From Lama guanicoe (Eukaryota): DNA of 64,000 bases. The stretch covers positions 1,699,746 to 1,763,745 of the forward strand of contig MU055549.1 in assembly GCA_013239625.1 (NCBI GenBank), given 5' to 3'. The notes beneath the pieces were generated by a model. It had not been told where the DNA came from. It did not search any database and saw only the letters and a program-made list of their open reading frames with translations. How positions within the stretch are numbered: the first letter of the stretch is position 1; each line of letters opens with the position of its first letter. The position numbers were made by a program, and so were the translations under genes. This document shows, piece by piece, positions 1 through 10,394 of the stretch.

Positions 1-219
1 ACAGCCTAGGAAAAGCAAAGCTAGAAGGCCAAGCCCAGATGAGCGGCTTCCAGGGACTGGGGAGGGGGGTGTTGGCTACAAAGGGACGGGGGCACGTTTG
101 TCTGATTGTGCCTGTGGTTGCAGGACGGCCTTTCCTGAAATTCAGGGAACTGCGTGCCCACAGAGCGTGAGTTCCACTGTGTATAAGTTATTCCTGAAGG
201 CACCCACCTGCTTTTTGTT

Positions 220-612
220 TAAGAGAGACATACCCATTAAAACTGACCCTGGTTTGACCAAATCAAGCAAAAAGTTGTAAGACAACTGGAGAAATTGGAA
301 CACTAAATATTTAATAATTTTAAGGAATGATTGTTAGTTTGGTTAATTTGCAGGTGTTCTAAGAGCTCTATGCTCACGCTTTAAAAAAGGACCCTGATAT
401 TTCTGAGACACCTGCTGAGACACATGCAGCTGGAATAGAATCTGTGTTATGTCAGTTATCCAGACGTGGGGCACGGGGGGCAGAGACGAGCGCAGCCCCG
501 TCCTGGGGTGAGCTGACGACTGCGGAAGGCGGCGAGTAGGGGTGTGGGCTTCATTATACTATCCTCCATCATGCTACTGTTGAAAGTTTTCATAATAAAA
601 ATTAAAGAAAAA
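220..612 (+). mobile_element. Old L1 (L1ME-like) 3' end
   Basis: Ends GGCTTCATTATACTATCCTCC…TTGAAAGTTTTCATAATAAAAATTAAAGAAAAAA, typical of the L1ME 3' terminus and A tail. Confidence 0.6.
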
Positions 613-1705
613 AGAGTTAAAAACAATAGCAAGAGGCACAGTTCAAGAAATTACCAAGAGTGACTCTAGATCTCACACGCCTGCCGCAGGGCAATGGAGC
701 CACAGTTCACAGTTAACGTGAACTATAAAGAGATGCCCAGCAGCCTCGAAGCTGAAAGACTGCCAGAAAATAAATGAACGAGACAGAAATCAATATCACA
801 AAAACAAGCCTTTTACAAAATAACCAGCCGTGATGTGTGCATATTAGAAGTCGTAGGTTGCAGCCAATAGCACTTACAGCCAGGCACATCTGGAGTCGGA
901 AAAGACGGCAGGTGAACTGCGAACGCGAGGGCGCGGCGTAAATCAGCTTCCTGTCGCGGCGGTAGAAAGTTGAGGAAATCTAAGAAAAATGTGAGGAAGC
1001 AAACGGTAAAAACAAAGGCAGACATCTACAGATTTAAAAGCAGACTTGAATTACATTGGTTAAAATATCTCCTCCCATGATCAGAAAAAAAAGAAACACA
1101 TTACTGGGAACAGCTCTGCTTGATACCAGTATTTTTTAACAGTTAGTAACCGTTGTCTGGGAGCTGTTCCGCTTGGGTCAAGATGGAAGAGCCCGTGCAG
1201 ACGGCGACAGGTCTCCTGCCTCTTCTAGCTGGGCAAGTGCCTGGGGCCCCCATCCTCACCTGTTCCCTTAGCCCGAGCCCCCCACACCCTGATACGCCAC
1301 AGGTTTTGCTGTACGTCTCTCAGACTCCAAGGAGAACCTTCTGCTGATGAAGAGTTTGCTTCACAACATAGAAAATGGTGAGACAATGTTGGTGACCCGT
1401 TTTACCCACGGTTTTCAAAAATAGGGAAAAAAAAGAAGCAGATAAATTATACAGACAGATCCCCGTTGTGAAGGTAGCTGTACAAATCCTGCAAGCATTA
1501 CTGAAAATTTAGTGACGTGGTGGCAGTAGCCTCTGCCAAGGTGAAGTGGAGGGCATCTCATGGTTGCAGAAATTTTATAATAAGAAGAAAGGCATTGACA
1601 GCGACATCGTGTCTGTGGGTTTAATAAGAAACTCTATATATTCTTTCATCAGATTATAGGAAGATGTGTTGTTTGATAAAAGCGAACAGCCGTTAAAAAT
1701 CAGAA

Positions 1706-1806
1706 AAGTCAAGGATATATTACACAGCACAGGGAAGATAGCCAATATTTTGTAGTAACTGTCAGTGGAAAGTAACTTTTAAAAATTGTATACACATAGA
1801 AAATCT
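1706..1806 (+). mobile_element. ~100-bp 5'-truncated L1 3'-UTR fragment with 13-bp target-site duplication
   Basis: AAGGATATATTACACAGCACAGGGAAGATAGCCAATATTTTGTAGTAACT resembles artiodactyl L1 3' UTR. Flanked by identical TTAAAAATCAGAA at 1693-1705 and 1807-1819. Confidence 0.7.
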
Positions 1807-1829
1807 TTAAAAATCAGAACAGTAAAAAC

Positions 1830-3335
1830 TGATGTGTAATTCCTCAACTTGATACATAATATTTACCTAAAAACCGCCACATTGTGTGGAAACATCACTG
1901 TCATTCCCTTGAAAACCAGTCACTAGCATCTTTTATTTGACTGTTTTCTGGAGGCTCCAGCCAATGCAATAAAAATTGAAACAGAAACACCACTTGAAGT
2001 TCATATACTCTTTCATATTTTGAAAACTCACAACGTTCAACTTAAAACCTCTCAGAATTGAACAGACAGTTCATCACAGTCGATTGATAAAATACCAACC
2101 TGCAGAAGATAACGTGTTTCCTGCATATTCATAGGTATGTAGATGTTGCAGCAGGAACGACCCTGTCTTCACACGGCGTGGAGAACGCACACGGTTCCTG
2201 GACACACCACGAGCACAGCTGACACATCAGAGCCCTCACGCTGAGTGAACCCTGGACAAACAAAACAAAGAATTTTCTGAACATGATATTTTTCAACTGG
2301 AGGCACTCCCTATGAGCGTGGGTAGGAAAGTGAAACACTGTGAAGATATCAGCTCTTTTCAGATTAATCTATGGGAAAAACATAATGCTAATTCCATTAC
2401 TTTTTCAAAATGTGATAGAGCCATTTAAAACCATCGAGAATGGGATATACCCAGGAGATGAACAAATGCATACTTCTAAAAAATTTATAATGGGAATTTA
2501 ACTTATTATTCTAGAGTTAAATCGGTTTTTTTAAAATGTGGTAGTGATGCACTAATCTACATATAGATTAATACAATGAATTTTGAAAGAATTGTTATAT
2601 AGGACGTAATAAAACTAGACAGACATAAACAGATGACTCACAGAATAGTTATAAATGGTCGTTATGCAATATGTGGCTTACTCACAAGTAACTCAGGGAA
2701 AGCAAATTTAAACCACCAAATATAATACACTGCTGTTAAATTAGCACAGACTTTCAAAAAAGCTCTACTCTGTGTTTGCAATAGAGTCATAGAACGTGCA
2801 TTCATTGGCACGTGCTGTTAGACATAGTGTGTGCTCAGTTTGAATTTCAGACCGTTTAAGAAATGAATATAATTTCACTCACTGCTTCTCCTTCATGGCA
2901 AGTTGAAGAGAGAACAAGTATGTATGCACCGTCATTGAGCACATCATACTATCTGATACCAAAAGGAGAAACAAAATCTCAAATGTCCATGACTAGGTAA
3001 GTGGTTAAGTGAGTTACGATGTATCAACAGCAAAGAATGAATAGCCTGCGACTATCAGTGGAATCACATTTGGAAGATTATTTAGACAAAAGAAAATGCT
3101 TTTGTTTGGTTGTGGTAAGTTTTTAAAAGCAGCTTATGAACTGTATGAACAGGATATTGCCCATTTGAGAGCACCGCGCACACGCTGCTAAAAGATGGAA
3201 GGAAACATACGAAAAATATTAATAGCGTGTATTTCAGGATGCCAGGATGAGGGGGCGCTTTTATTTCCAACTATGTAATGTCTGTTATTTTCCGATTTAA
3301 TGAGTGTGTATTACTTACATAATAAAAAGTGCCAT
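1830..3335 (+). mobile_element. Highly degraded old L1 (L1M/L1ME), ORF2 to 3' end
   Basis: Relics of the ORF2 RT region (TTTTCTGGAGGCTCCAGCCAATGCAATAAAA, cf. LEVLARAIRQ) followed by 3'-end-like A-rich sequence. No open frame. Confidence 0.6.
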
Positions 3336-4231
3336 AAAATACGTGGAAATGCTTCTTCCTCATGCCATTGGAAGTGAGCCCACCACCTGCTGCCTGAGCC
3401 TGCCGTCGGCCGCGTGGCCCCGGCAGGTGGCGGTGGAGCTGTGCTCACGGTCCCGTGAGGAAGCGGCTCTGCTAAGGCGCAGCTCAGTGGTGTCCAGCCG
3501 CGCGTCGCATCCGGGGCGGAGGAGCGCGTCACCTCACAGCCGTGGAGCTAGGCGCCTGGAAGAGGCTCGGGAGGAGAGCTTCCGTTTCCTCCTGGGCACT
3601 AGCCCTGCGGATCTCTGGGGGCAGCGCTGGCTTCCCCTGACTATGAGCGTCCCCACAGAGCTCCGTCCTGAGCAGGGTGGTCTGTCCTCACCTAAGCCTG
3701 TGCGTCCAGATGCGGGAGACGGGGTGGCAGGGGAGGAGTGGGATGTGAATGGAGCAAAGCACTCCTCGTCACGAAGCCGCCCGACTTACACGGAAGGAAC
3801 CTGTGACGTCGCAGCTGTCCCTGGGCCTCAGCCCTCCAGCGGCGTGAGCCCCGTGCCCAGCAATTTCTGGAGCAAAAGGATAAACAGGTAAATATTTCAG
3901 GATCCCCAATTTTACTTAGAGAGTTGGGGAGACGCATTGCTTTCATATCATGGAAAACGGATATTTCAGAGGAAGATGCAAATGTGCCCAGCTCTTGGAG
4001 ACCACAGGAAGCCCTGGAGGGCACGGCCGGCTCGCGCTGCCAGTCAGGGTCTGCCCTCACCCGGCTAGGGCGTTCACGCCTCCCTCCAGTTCCCGCGAAA
4101 ACTAGGGGGGCGGGGAAACCCAAGAAGGACTATGAATTATACCACCTGGAGGAAGTCAGAAAAACACTCGCATGTGAGAAACGCTCATCCAAGGCCGTCT
4201 TCTAATAAGCTGTTCGAGATTCTGCTTCTAG

Positions 4232-4392
4232 AGAAGTGGCATGACGTGCAGATTTTGATGCCAGACTCCCTGGGTTGACCCCAGACACTTGCTAGCTGTG
4301 TGACCTTGGGGACATTGTTTAGCCTCTCTGTGCCTTAGTTTTCTCGCCTGTAAAGTGGGGCCATTTCACGTGTTAAATGCATTATTATTGTC
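4232..4392 (+). mobile_element. MIR SINE
   Basis: Core CACTTGCTAGCTGTGTGACCTTGGGG…AGCCTCTCTGTGCCTTAGTTTTCTCGCCTGTAAAGTGGGG. Confidence 0.85.
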
Positions 4393-4991
4393 ATGTCAGT
4401 AATTGATACAAATGGCTAACCCCCCATCGTCTGTGATGCCTGCACTATTCCAACTGCTCTGCGTAGACGTTTCCCACCTGATGCTTCTCCAGATAGGATG
4501 GAGGCAGACGCCTTCTCGAGAGTACTCGAGTGAGCCAGCTCTCACTTTCGACCACTTTATGCTTTCTAGGCTGTACTTCAAGGCTCCGTTTGTATGAGAA
4601 TTTGTTGTGTCCCCAGATCCAATGGCAACTTATTCAGACATCAACTAAAATTGAGAGACTGTCTAGATAATGAAAAAATCAAATGAGATTTGTGCTTACC
4701 AGCATACCATACCACTTTAAAGAAGTTGGGGTTTGTGTCCTGGTGATCATTTTTTCCCTTGATTTATGTGTGACAGGCCACAAAGTAGTAAGTCAGTTCG
4801 TTGATACATGAGAGTTGTAAGTTCCAGGTGGGATCCTGAATCACTGTATTAGTGCTGAGATCCCGTTAAGAGGTCACTAAGGAACTGCCGGGCTCCACGA
4901 CGGCTGTGGATTTAACGTCTAACGGAGTCTTGACTGACTACCCTTACTGTCTTCTCGCTGGAAGTTTCCAGGCGCCAGCATCCACGCTAAA

Positions 4992-5320
4992 GCAGCATTC
5001 TCCACTGGAAATGCAATGTGAATTGCATATGGAATTTAAAATTCCCTGGTATTCATATTTTCAAAAGTACAATGAAACGTGAAATTGATTTTAGTAATTT
5101 CTTTTATTTATCGCAATATCTCTAGAACGTTATCATTTCAACATATAATTGGTAATCGATATAAAATTCATTAAGGAGATATTCACCCTATTTTGTTCTG
5201 TATTGTCTTTGAAATCCACTGTGTATGTTACATTCAGCCCATCTCAGTGCAGACCAACCACATCTCAAGTGCTCCGTTGACAGTGGAGCCAAAGTCCCCA
5301 AAATGAGACAGGACAGCAGG
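4992..5320. mobile_element. MER33-like hAT-Charlie MITE
   Basis: Colinear with recalled MER33: GTGAAATTGATTTTAGTAAT…TTATCATTTCAACATATAAT…CCACATCTCAAGTGCTC…GGACAGCAG. Confidence 0.75.
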
Positions 5321-5589
5321 GAAGCAACAGCCATGTTTATCTGTGATGATCTTGAAGGTCTCTTTGCGAGTATATTTCAGAGTGACCAGTCAGTTAGGTG
5401 TCGAGGAAGCATTAGAAGAATTTGCTTACTGCCCGTTCTGTGACCACCTGGAGTTTCGGTGCCCCTCCTATGTCTGTAAGGTGGCCTTATAAACAGCTAG
5501 AGCACCTCTTTTAGCCTACGTGTAAAATACTTAAAAGGTGTAAAGGTGTATGGTGTCCATTTGCACATTTGTATGTCTTTTATCTGAAC

Positions 5590-7040
5590 ACATTTCTTTT
5601 TTCCCAATTTAAGAATAATTCATATTGTTAGATATCAAAAAACCAGAAACTACCAAAATGTAGACGGAAGAAAAAAAGTCACCCGCAGCTCCAGGAGGTG
5701 TTTACGGACAATGCTGACGCTCAGGTGCACCATGCACGATGCACTGCTGTAGCCACGATTTTGTGCTCCACCCTGACTTCATATTTCACTATGTATTTCT
5801 CTATCATGGAATAAATTAGTAGATGTCATCTTTAATGAATTTTCAAAATTCCAGCTGATGAATCAGAGTCTACTTATCATAAATACACCAGAGGAAACTG
5901 TTTCCAAATTTTCACTGTCTAAATATCTTTTAGGCAATTTAGCATCATTTCTTTATCGTAATTTCCAGACTTCTTAAAGACGTCTTCATATAAGTTGTCA
6001 AAGTCTTTCACTTGCTTTAAAGGCCACTTCTTGATTTTTCTCTTATGACCCTTCAGGATCATTTTCCTTCTCTTTTATTAAATTTTTTATGATTTTTTTC
6101 AGTGAATTCACCAAGCAGTAAAATCTCTGTTTTTGCTCATCTGAAAAAAATTTTTTTCTCATTTTTAAAGGATGTTTTTTCTGGTTCATGGTAATTTTTC
6201 CTCAACTCACTGAAGATATTCCAATAATGTATGGCATGTATTGATTTCTGCTAAGTTTTCCATTGTTCTAAATGATGTTCCTGTGTAGGTAATCTATCTT
6301 TTCTCTCTGAGTGTTTTAAAGATTTTCTCTTTGACATCATAATCTACAGTTTCATCACACTGTGTCTAGATGTGTTTCTTCTAAAAATACATACCTTCTA
6401 TGTTACACTCCTGTGAGTTTATATCTTCGATTTCTAGGACTTCAAATGCTACCTTTTCTCTGTTGTCTTCATTTTCTCCTTCTGAAATGTTGATAAGGAA
6501 TATTTTAAATCTTATTATTCTAAATTCCACATCTCTTAGTTTCCTTTCGTAGTATTTATCTTTGTGTTCTCTACGCTGTAATTTTGATAATTTCTTTAGA
6601 CGTATTTTCCAGTCATTATGTCTCTCTTCATCTGTATCTAATCTTCTGTGTCAGCTCTCCATGAAGATTTCTACTTCAAGAATTATACCTTTAATCTCTA
6701 GAAATTCCACTGGCTTCTTTTGTTCAAATCTACATCTTCATTGCTCGTGGTGTCTTGGTCCTTGCCCCTCCTGAGAACATTTCACACACAAACATCTTGT
6801 ATTGTGCATATGAAAATCCCAGCACCTCTAAGCTTTGGAGGCTCAGCTTTGTTATTCGTTATTCTGACGTCTCTCACTCTTGTTGGCTGTCTTCTTTGAC
6901 CTGGCAAACTTTAGTCATGCGGTTGTAACTTTGTCACTCTAGGTGGAACTTCAGCAGGCCCAAGCTGGCTATGCTTTCCTCTAAAGAGGTTTTGCACCTG
7001 CTTCTGCAGAGCTAAGGGGCACCACTAGCCCAGGACCAGG
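5590..7040 (-). mobile_element. Degraded old L1 (L1M) fragments, antisense
   Basis: Long T-rich tract with L1 ORF1/inter-ORF-like motifs on the reverse strand (e.g. GTAGGTAATCTATCTTTTCTCTCTGAGTGTTTTAAAGATTTTCTCTTTG). Confidence 0.6.
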
Positions 7041-7339
7041 CCAATCCCCATGAAGATACAGCTCCTGCTCAATTCTAAAATCCTAGACTCAGCTCCCCCG
7101 TCCACTGCCGGCCAGTCCCCACATCTGCCCGTGTTGCAAGCCTGTCCCTCCGTGTCTGCCTCCTGTAAATCTAAGACCAGAGATCTTCTGGGAATAGGAA
7201 CAGGTGGGGTCCTTGGAGACTACGTCTGCTTTCGGAAAGTTTATGAAGCATCAAAAAGTGGAGTTTACTCAATGCTGTTTTTCCTAGTGGTTGGGAGGCC
7301 CTCAGAGCACCTAACTCAGCATGTTGTCATTGTTGTTGT

Positions 7340-7650
7340 TGCTTTTTGCAGTTTTTTTCTTGTAACTGATTTCTAGTCTCACAGCATTGTGGTCGGAAAA
7401 GATGCTTGATGTCGTTTCAATTTTCTTAAGTTTCTGAGGCTTGCGTTGTGGCCCAGCACGTGCTCTGTCCTTGAGAATGTTCCACGTGCACTTGGAGAGA
7501 ATGTGCATTCTGCAGCTTTCAGATGGAATGCTCTGTAAATATCACTAAGTCCATCTGAGGTAGCATCACTGAGGGCCTGTTTCCTCAGTGACTTTCCGTC
7601 TGGATGGGCTGTCCGCTGTTGTAAGTGGGTGCTGAAGCCCCCTGTTACTG
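7340..7650 (-). mobile_element. L1 ORF2 endonuclease-domain fragment
   Basis: Reverse ORF 7311-7508 contains LKKIETTSSIFSDHNAVRLEISYKKK, matching the L1 ORF2 EN SDHN motif. Confidence 0.85.
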
Positions 7651-8129
7651 CGCATCACACCGATGGAGCCATGAGTCCACTCAACTGTTCTGGCTGAAAA
7701 CGTTGGTCAGCTCAGCGGCCCCCATCCACTTATCTCTAGAATTGTATGATGAGAAATATTCATCACAGTTCACATTTTCTTGTCCGATTACATACTTTTG
7801 TGGGCTCACAGCCAGGCAAAGAGCTGGGTGGGTAGTAGGTTCACAGATTTCCCTTGAATCATGGCTATCACCAGGACTTTATTTCATTCAACAGTTGGCT
7901 TCAAGGCCCATGAGACATACGCTGTGAGAAATAATGCTTTTGATGAAAATTAAATATTCAGCTTGCCCTGCCATAATCCTCTTCTTTAGACATTCAGTAC
8001 AGTGCCATGCAGGGGAGGATGTGGGTTCTTAGAGCGCAGTGGCCTTGTCTGTCTAATTTACTCCTGTATCTACAGCCCCTGGCAGAGGGCCTTGTCTCTG
8101 ACAAGGGCACAGAAAATATTAAATCAATA

Positions 8130-8248
8130 ATCAATATCACAAATATGGATCGAGCACCTACATGTCCTGTGCCCCAGTCTGTGTGCTGGGGAACAGAGCA
8201 GGAAGCAAAGCCAATGGAACCTCTGCTTCCATAGGTCTGCAGTCTAGC
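8130..8248 (-). mobile_element. L2 3'-end fragment
   Basis: GAGCACCTAC…GTGCTGGGGAACAGAG…CCTCTGCTTCCATAGGTCTGCAGTCTAG is the reverse complement of the L2 terminus. Confidence 0.6.
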
Positions 8249-8693
8249 TTAGTGTGTTTCCGTTTCGGAGCATCACTTATATTCATAGATTAAAATACTC
8301 TAGGTGGGCAGTTTCCAGATGCGGGACCTAGTCTATCAGGTGTAACACCTGCGGCTACTTCCCCTGGTTTCTAAATGAGGAATCAGTCCCCTTCTGCTCA
8401 CTAGATATTGCCAACACAGCAAATGCTCAAAACAATTGCATCAGGAATGTTAAAAAATTATGTGTGCTCCTAAAACTCCCTGTATACTTGTCGTAATTAT
8501 GTTTGTTAACGCATGTGCATGTGTTTTTGGTTAAAATGCCTAGAAACTTGAAAGGTTAAGATCTGAATGTCTAGCTATCATGTGTGGTTTAGGAGATGGA
8601 GATTTGGGTAAAGTCTTTCTAAGTGGCTTTGCAGAAGAAGGGACTTTCATTTGTATCTGACAACATTTGCTTTCAAGCACTGAAGGCGGTAAG

Positions 8694-8863
8694 CAGGGGC
8701 AGCCAGGGGTTTGGGACCATGAGACTTACACAGACTTAGTGTCCTCTTTAAGGAAAAGAATACAAAATCACTGACAGGAGCTGGGGCTGGAGGCCTGGGC
8801 GGGTCCATGTGAGTGAACACCTGGAGGCTGGGGCTCGTCAGCCTTGGAAAGAAGGCCCATGTG
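8694..8863. mobile_element. hAT-Tip100 MITE, MER69A-like
   Basis: CAGGGGCAGCCAGGGGTTTGGGACC…CCTCTTTAAGGAAAAGAATACAAAAT…GGGTCCATGTGAGTGA colinear with recalled consensus. Family name less certain than class. Confidence 0.5.
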
Positions 8864-9666
8864 TGTGCTTCTCAGTGACCACGCCTTGCACTTTCCCTCG
8901 TGATAACGAGCTGGTGCTTGTGAATTTGGCTTGCGGTTTCTTTGTTCCTCTGACATCAACAATAATGCCATTTCTAGAGACAGTGTGTGTGCACTCTTCT
9001 AAGGGAAGTGAGTATTCATTTCAGGCAGCATTATTCTCAGCACAGTGGATTTTTTTAAAATTGGAAATGAGCCTTGAATTGCTTCTGATCTAATTAGCCT
9101 GTTTGCATTCATTCCCCGTGATAGAGAGACCAACCTGCACATGGACTTCCCCGTGCAGCACGGCCAGGGCCGGGCGCTCCTGTGTGCAGTGACTCACACA
9201 GAACAGACACTCAAGAAATGTCTACTGAGCCAGTGAAAGGCAGACTGGATGTAACCTGGGATGCAGAGAACGGGGTTTTACAATTTTCAGTAGAAGAAAG
9301 ACGGCCACTGCCTGTCAGTGGTGGATCGCTGCCCCGACAGCGTGAGAGGGAGGGTATGGACACTGATGGATGAGACGAGCGGAGTTCACAGACGGCCGTG
9401 ACGGCGCTTAGAAGTGAAATGCCGCGCCTGGCTCCAAAGGCCAAGATAGGAACGTCGAGACGAGGGGGAAGGGCAGGGCCTCGGGGGTCGCCTGGACTCT
9501 GTGTCTGACAGAACTTTTCTCTGTGCCGGAGGGGTGTAAAGACGAGGCCCAGGGACCCTGACGCAGGGTGCCTCTGGGTGCAGAGCCTCTCTTCGGCCTG
9601 CCCTGAACCTATCACAGGTGCTGCTCCGAGGCTATGCAGGTAAACGTGTTTCCTGCCAAAAAAGAA

Positions 9667-9682
9667 TGTGTGTGTGTGTGTG
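9667..9682 (+). repeat. (TG)8 microsatellite
   Basis: Read directly. Confidence 0.9.
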
Positions 9683-10355
9683 TCTTCCCCTGGGCACGGA
9701 TGCCGCACGGAGCTTAACACTGGAGGATGCAGGCCGGCTCAGCGAGGCCCCGTTACGAAGGGAGACTCTCCCACCGAACAGTCCCCGTGGGAACTCCCAC
9801 TGGCAGGAGGGAGCACTCCTGAGAGAGTGGCTCAGCCGCCGCGGTGGAAGCCAGAGGGAGTGGCTGGAAGTGGGTGTGGACGGATTTGCTTCCGGTGAGA
9901 CGCACTGAGGCCCTGCACGCATCCGTGTTTTATTCCTTCGGATTGTTCAGGGACTGTCTCCCTGACAGTCGAGGCGGTCGGCAAGTCGAGCTTGACAGGC
10001 CTCTGAGGGGCGTGGGATGGCCGGTGTCCCTCCCAGGTCACCTCGATTTTCCATCTCCTTTGTTTGGCAGTTTCCTGGATTCCAGGCGAAGTCGGCCACG
10101 GTCTTCTCTTTGTGTTGGGCACCATTAAAGGTGTGACATAAACCTGTCTCACCAAATGTCACCTTCCCAGGGGTCCTTCACTGTGCTGTTGACCATGATG
10201 CTACAAGTTTCCTTTGGCCCCTCCTGGGGAGGCGTCAGGCCATAAGAATTCTAGACGGGACCAGATGCCCAGAGCTTACTGGCAGGAACGGCGGTTATGC
10301 GTAAACGTATCGCACCAGCATCCTCGGCTCCTGCCTCCCTGCTCGCCCGCTGCCT

Positions 10356-10394
10356 CCCTTTTTCCTTCCCTCCCTCCCTCCCTCCCTCCCTTCC
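10356..10394 (+). repeat. (TCCC)n polypyrimidine microsatellite
   Basis: TTCCTTCCCTCCCTCCCTCCCTCCCTCCCTTCC read directly. Confidence 0.85.

Noticed and set aside
3304-4205. 195-aa and 93-aa consecutive + ORFs as a gene or processed pseudogene
   Set aside because: Non-ATG starts, no recognisable domain, no poly(A)/TSD, and Ser/Arg/Pro/Ala bias typical of GC-rich non-coding DNA.
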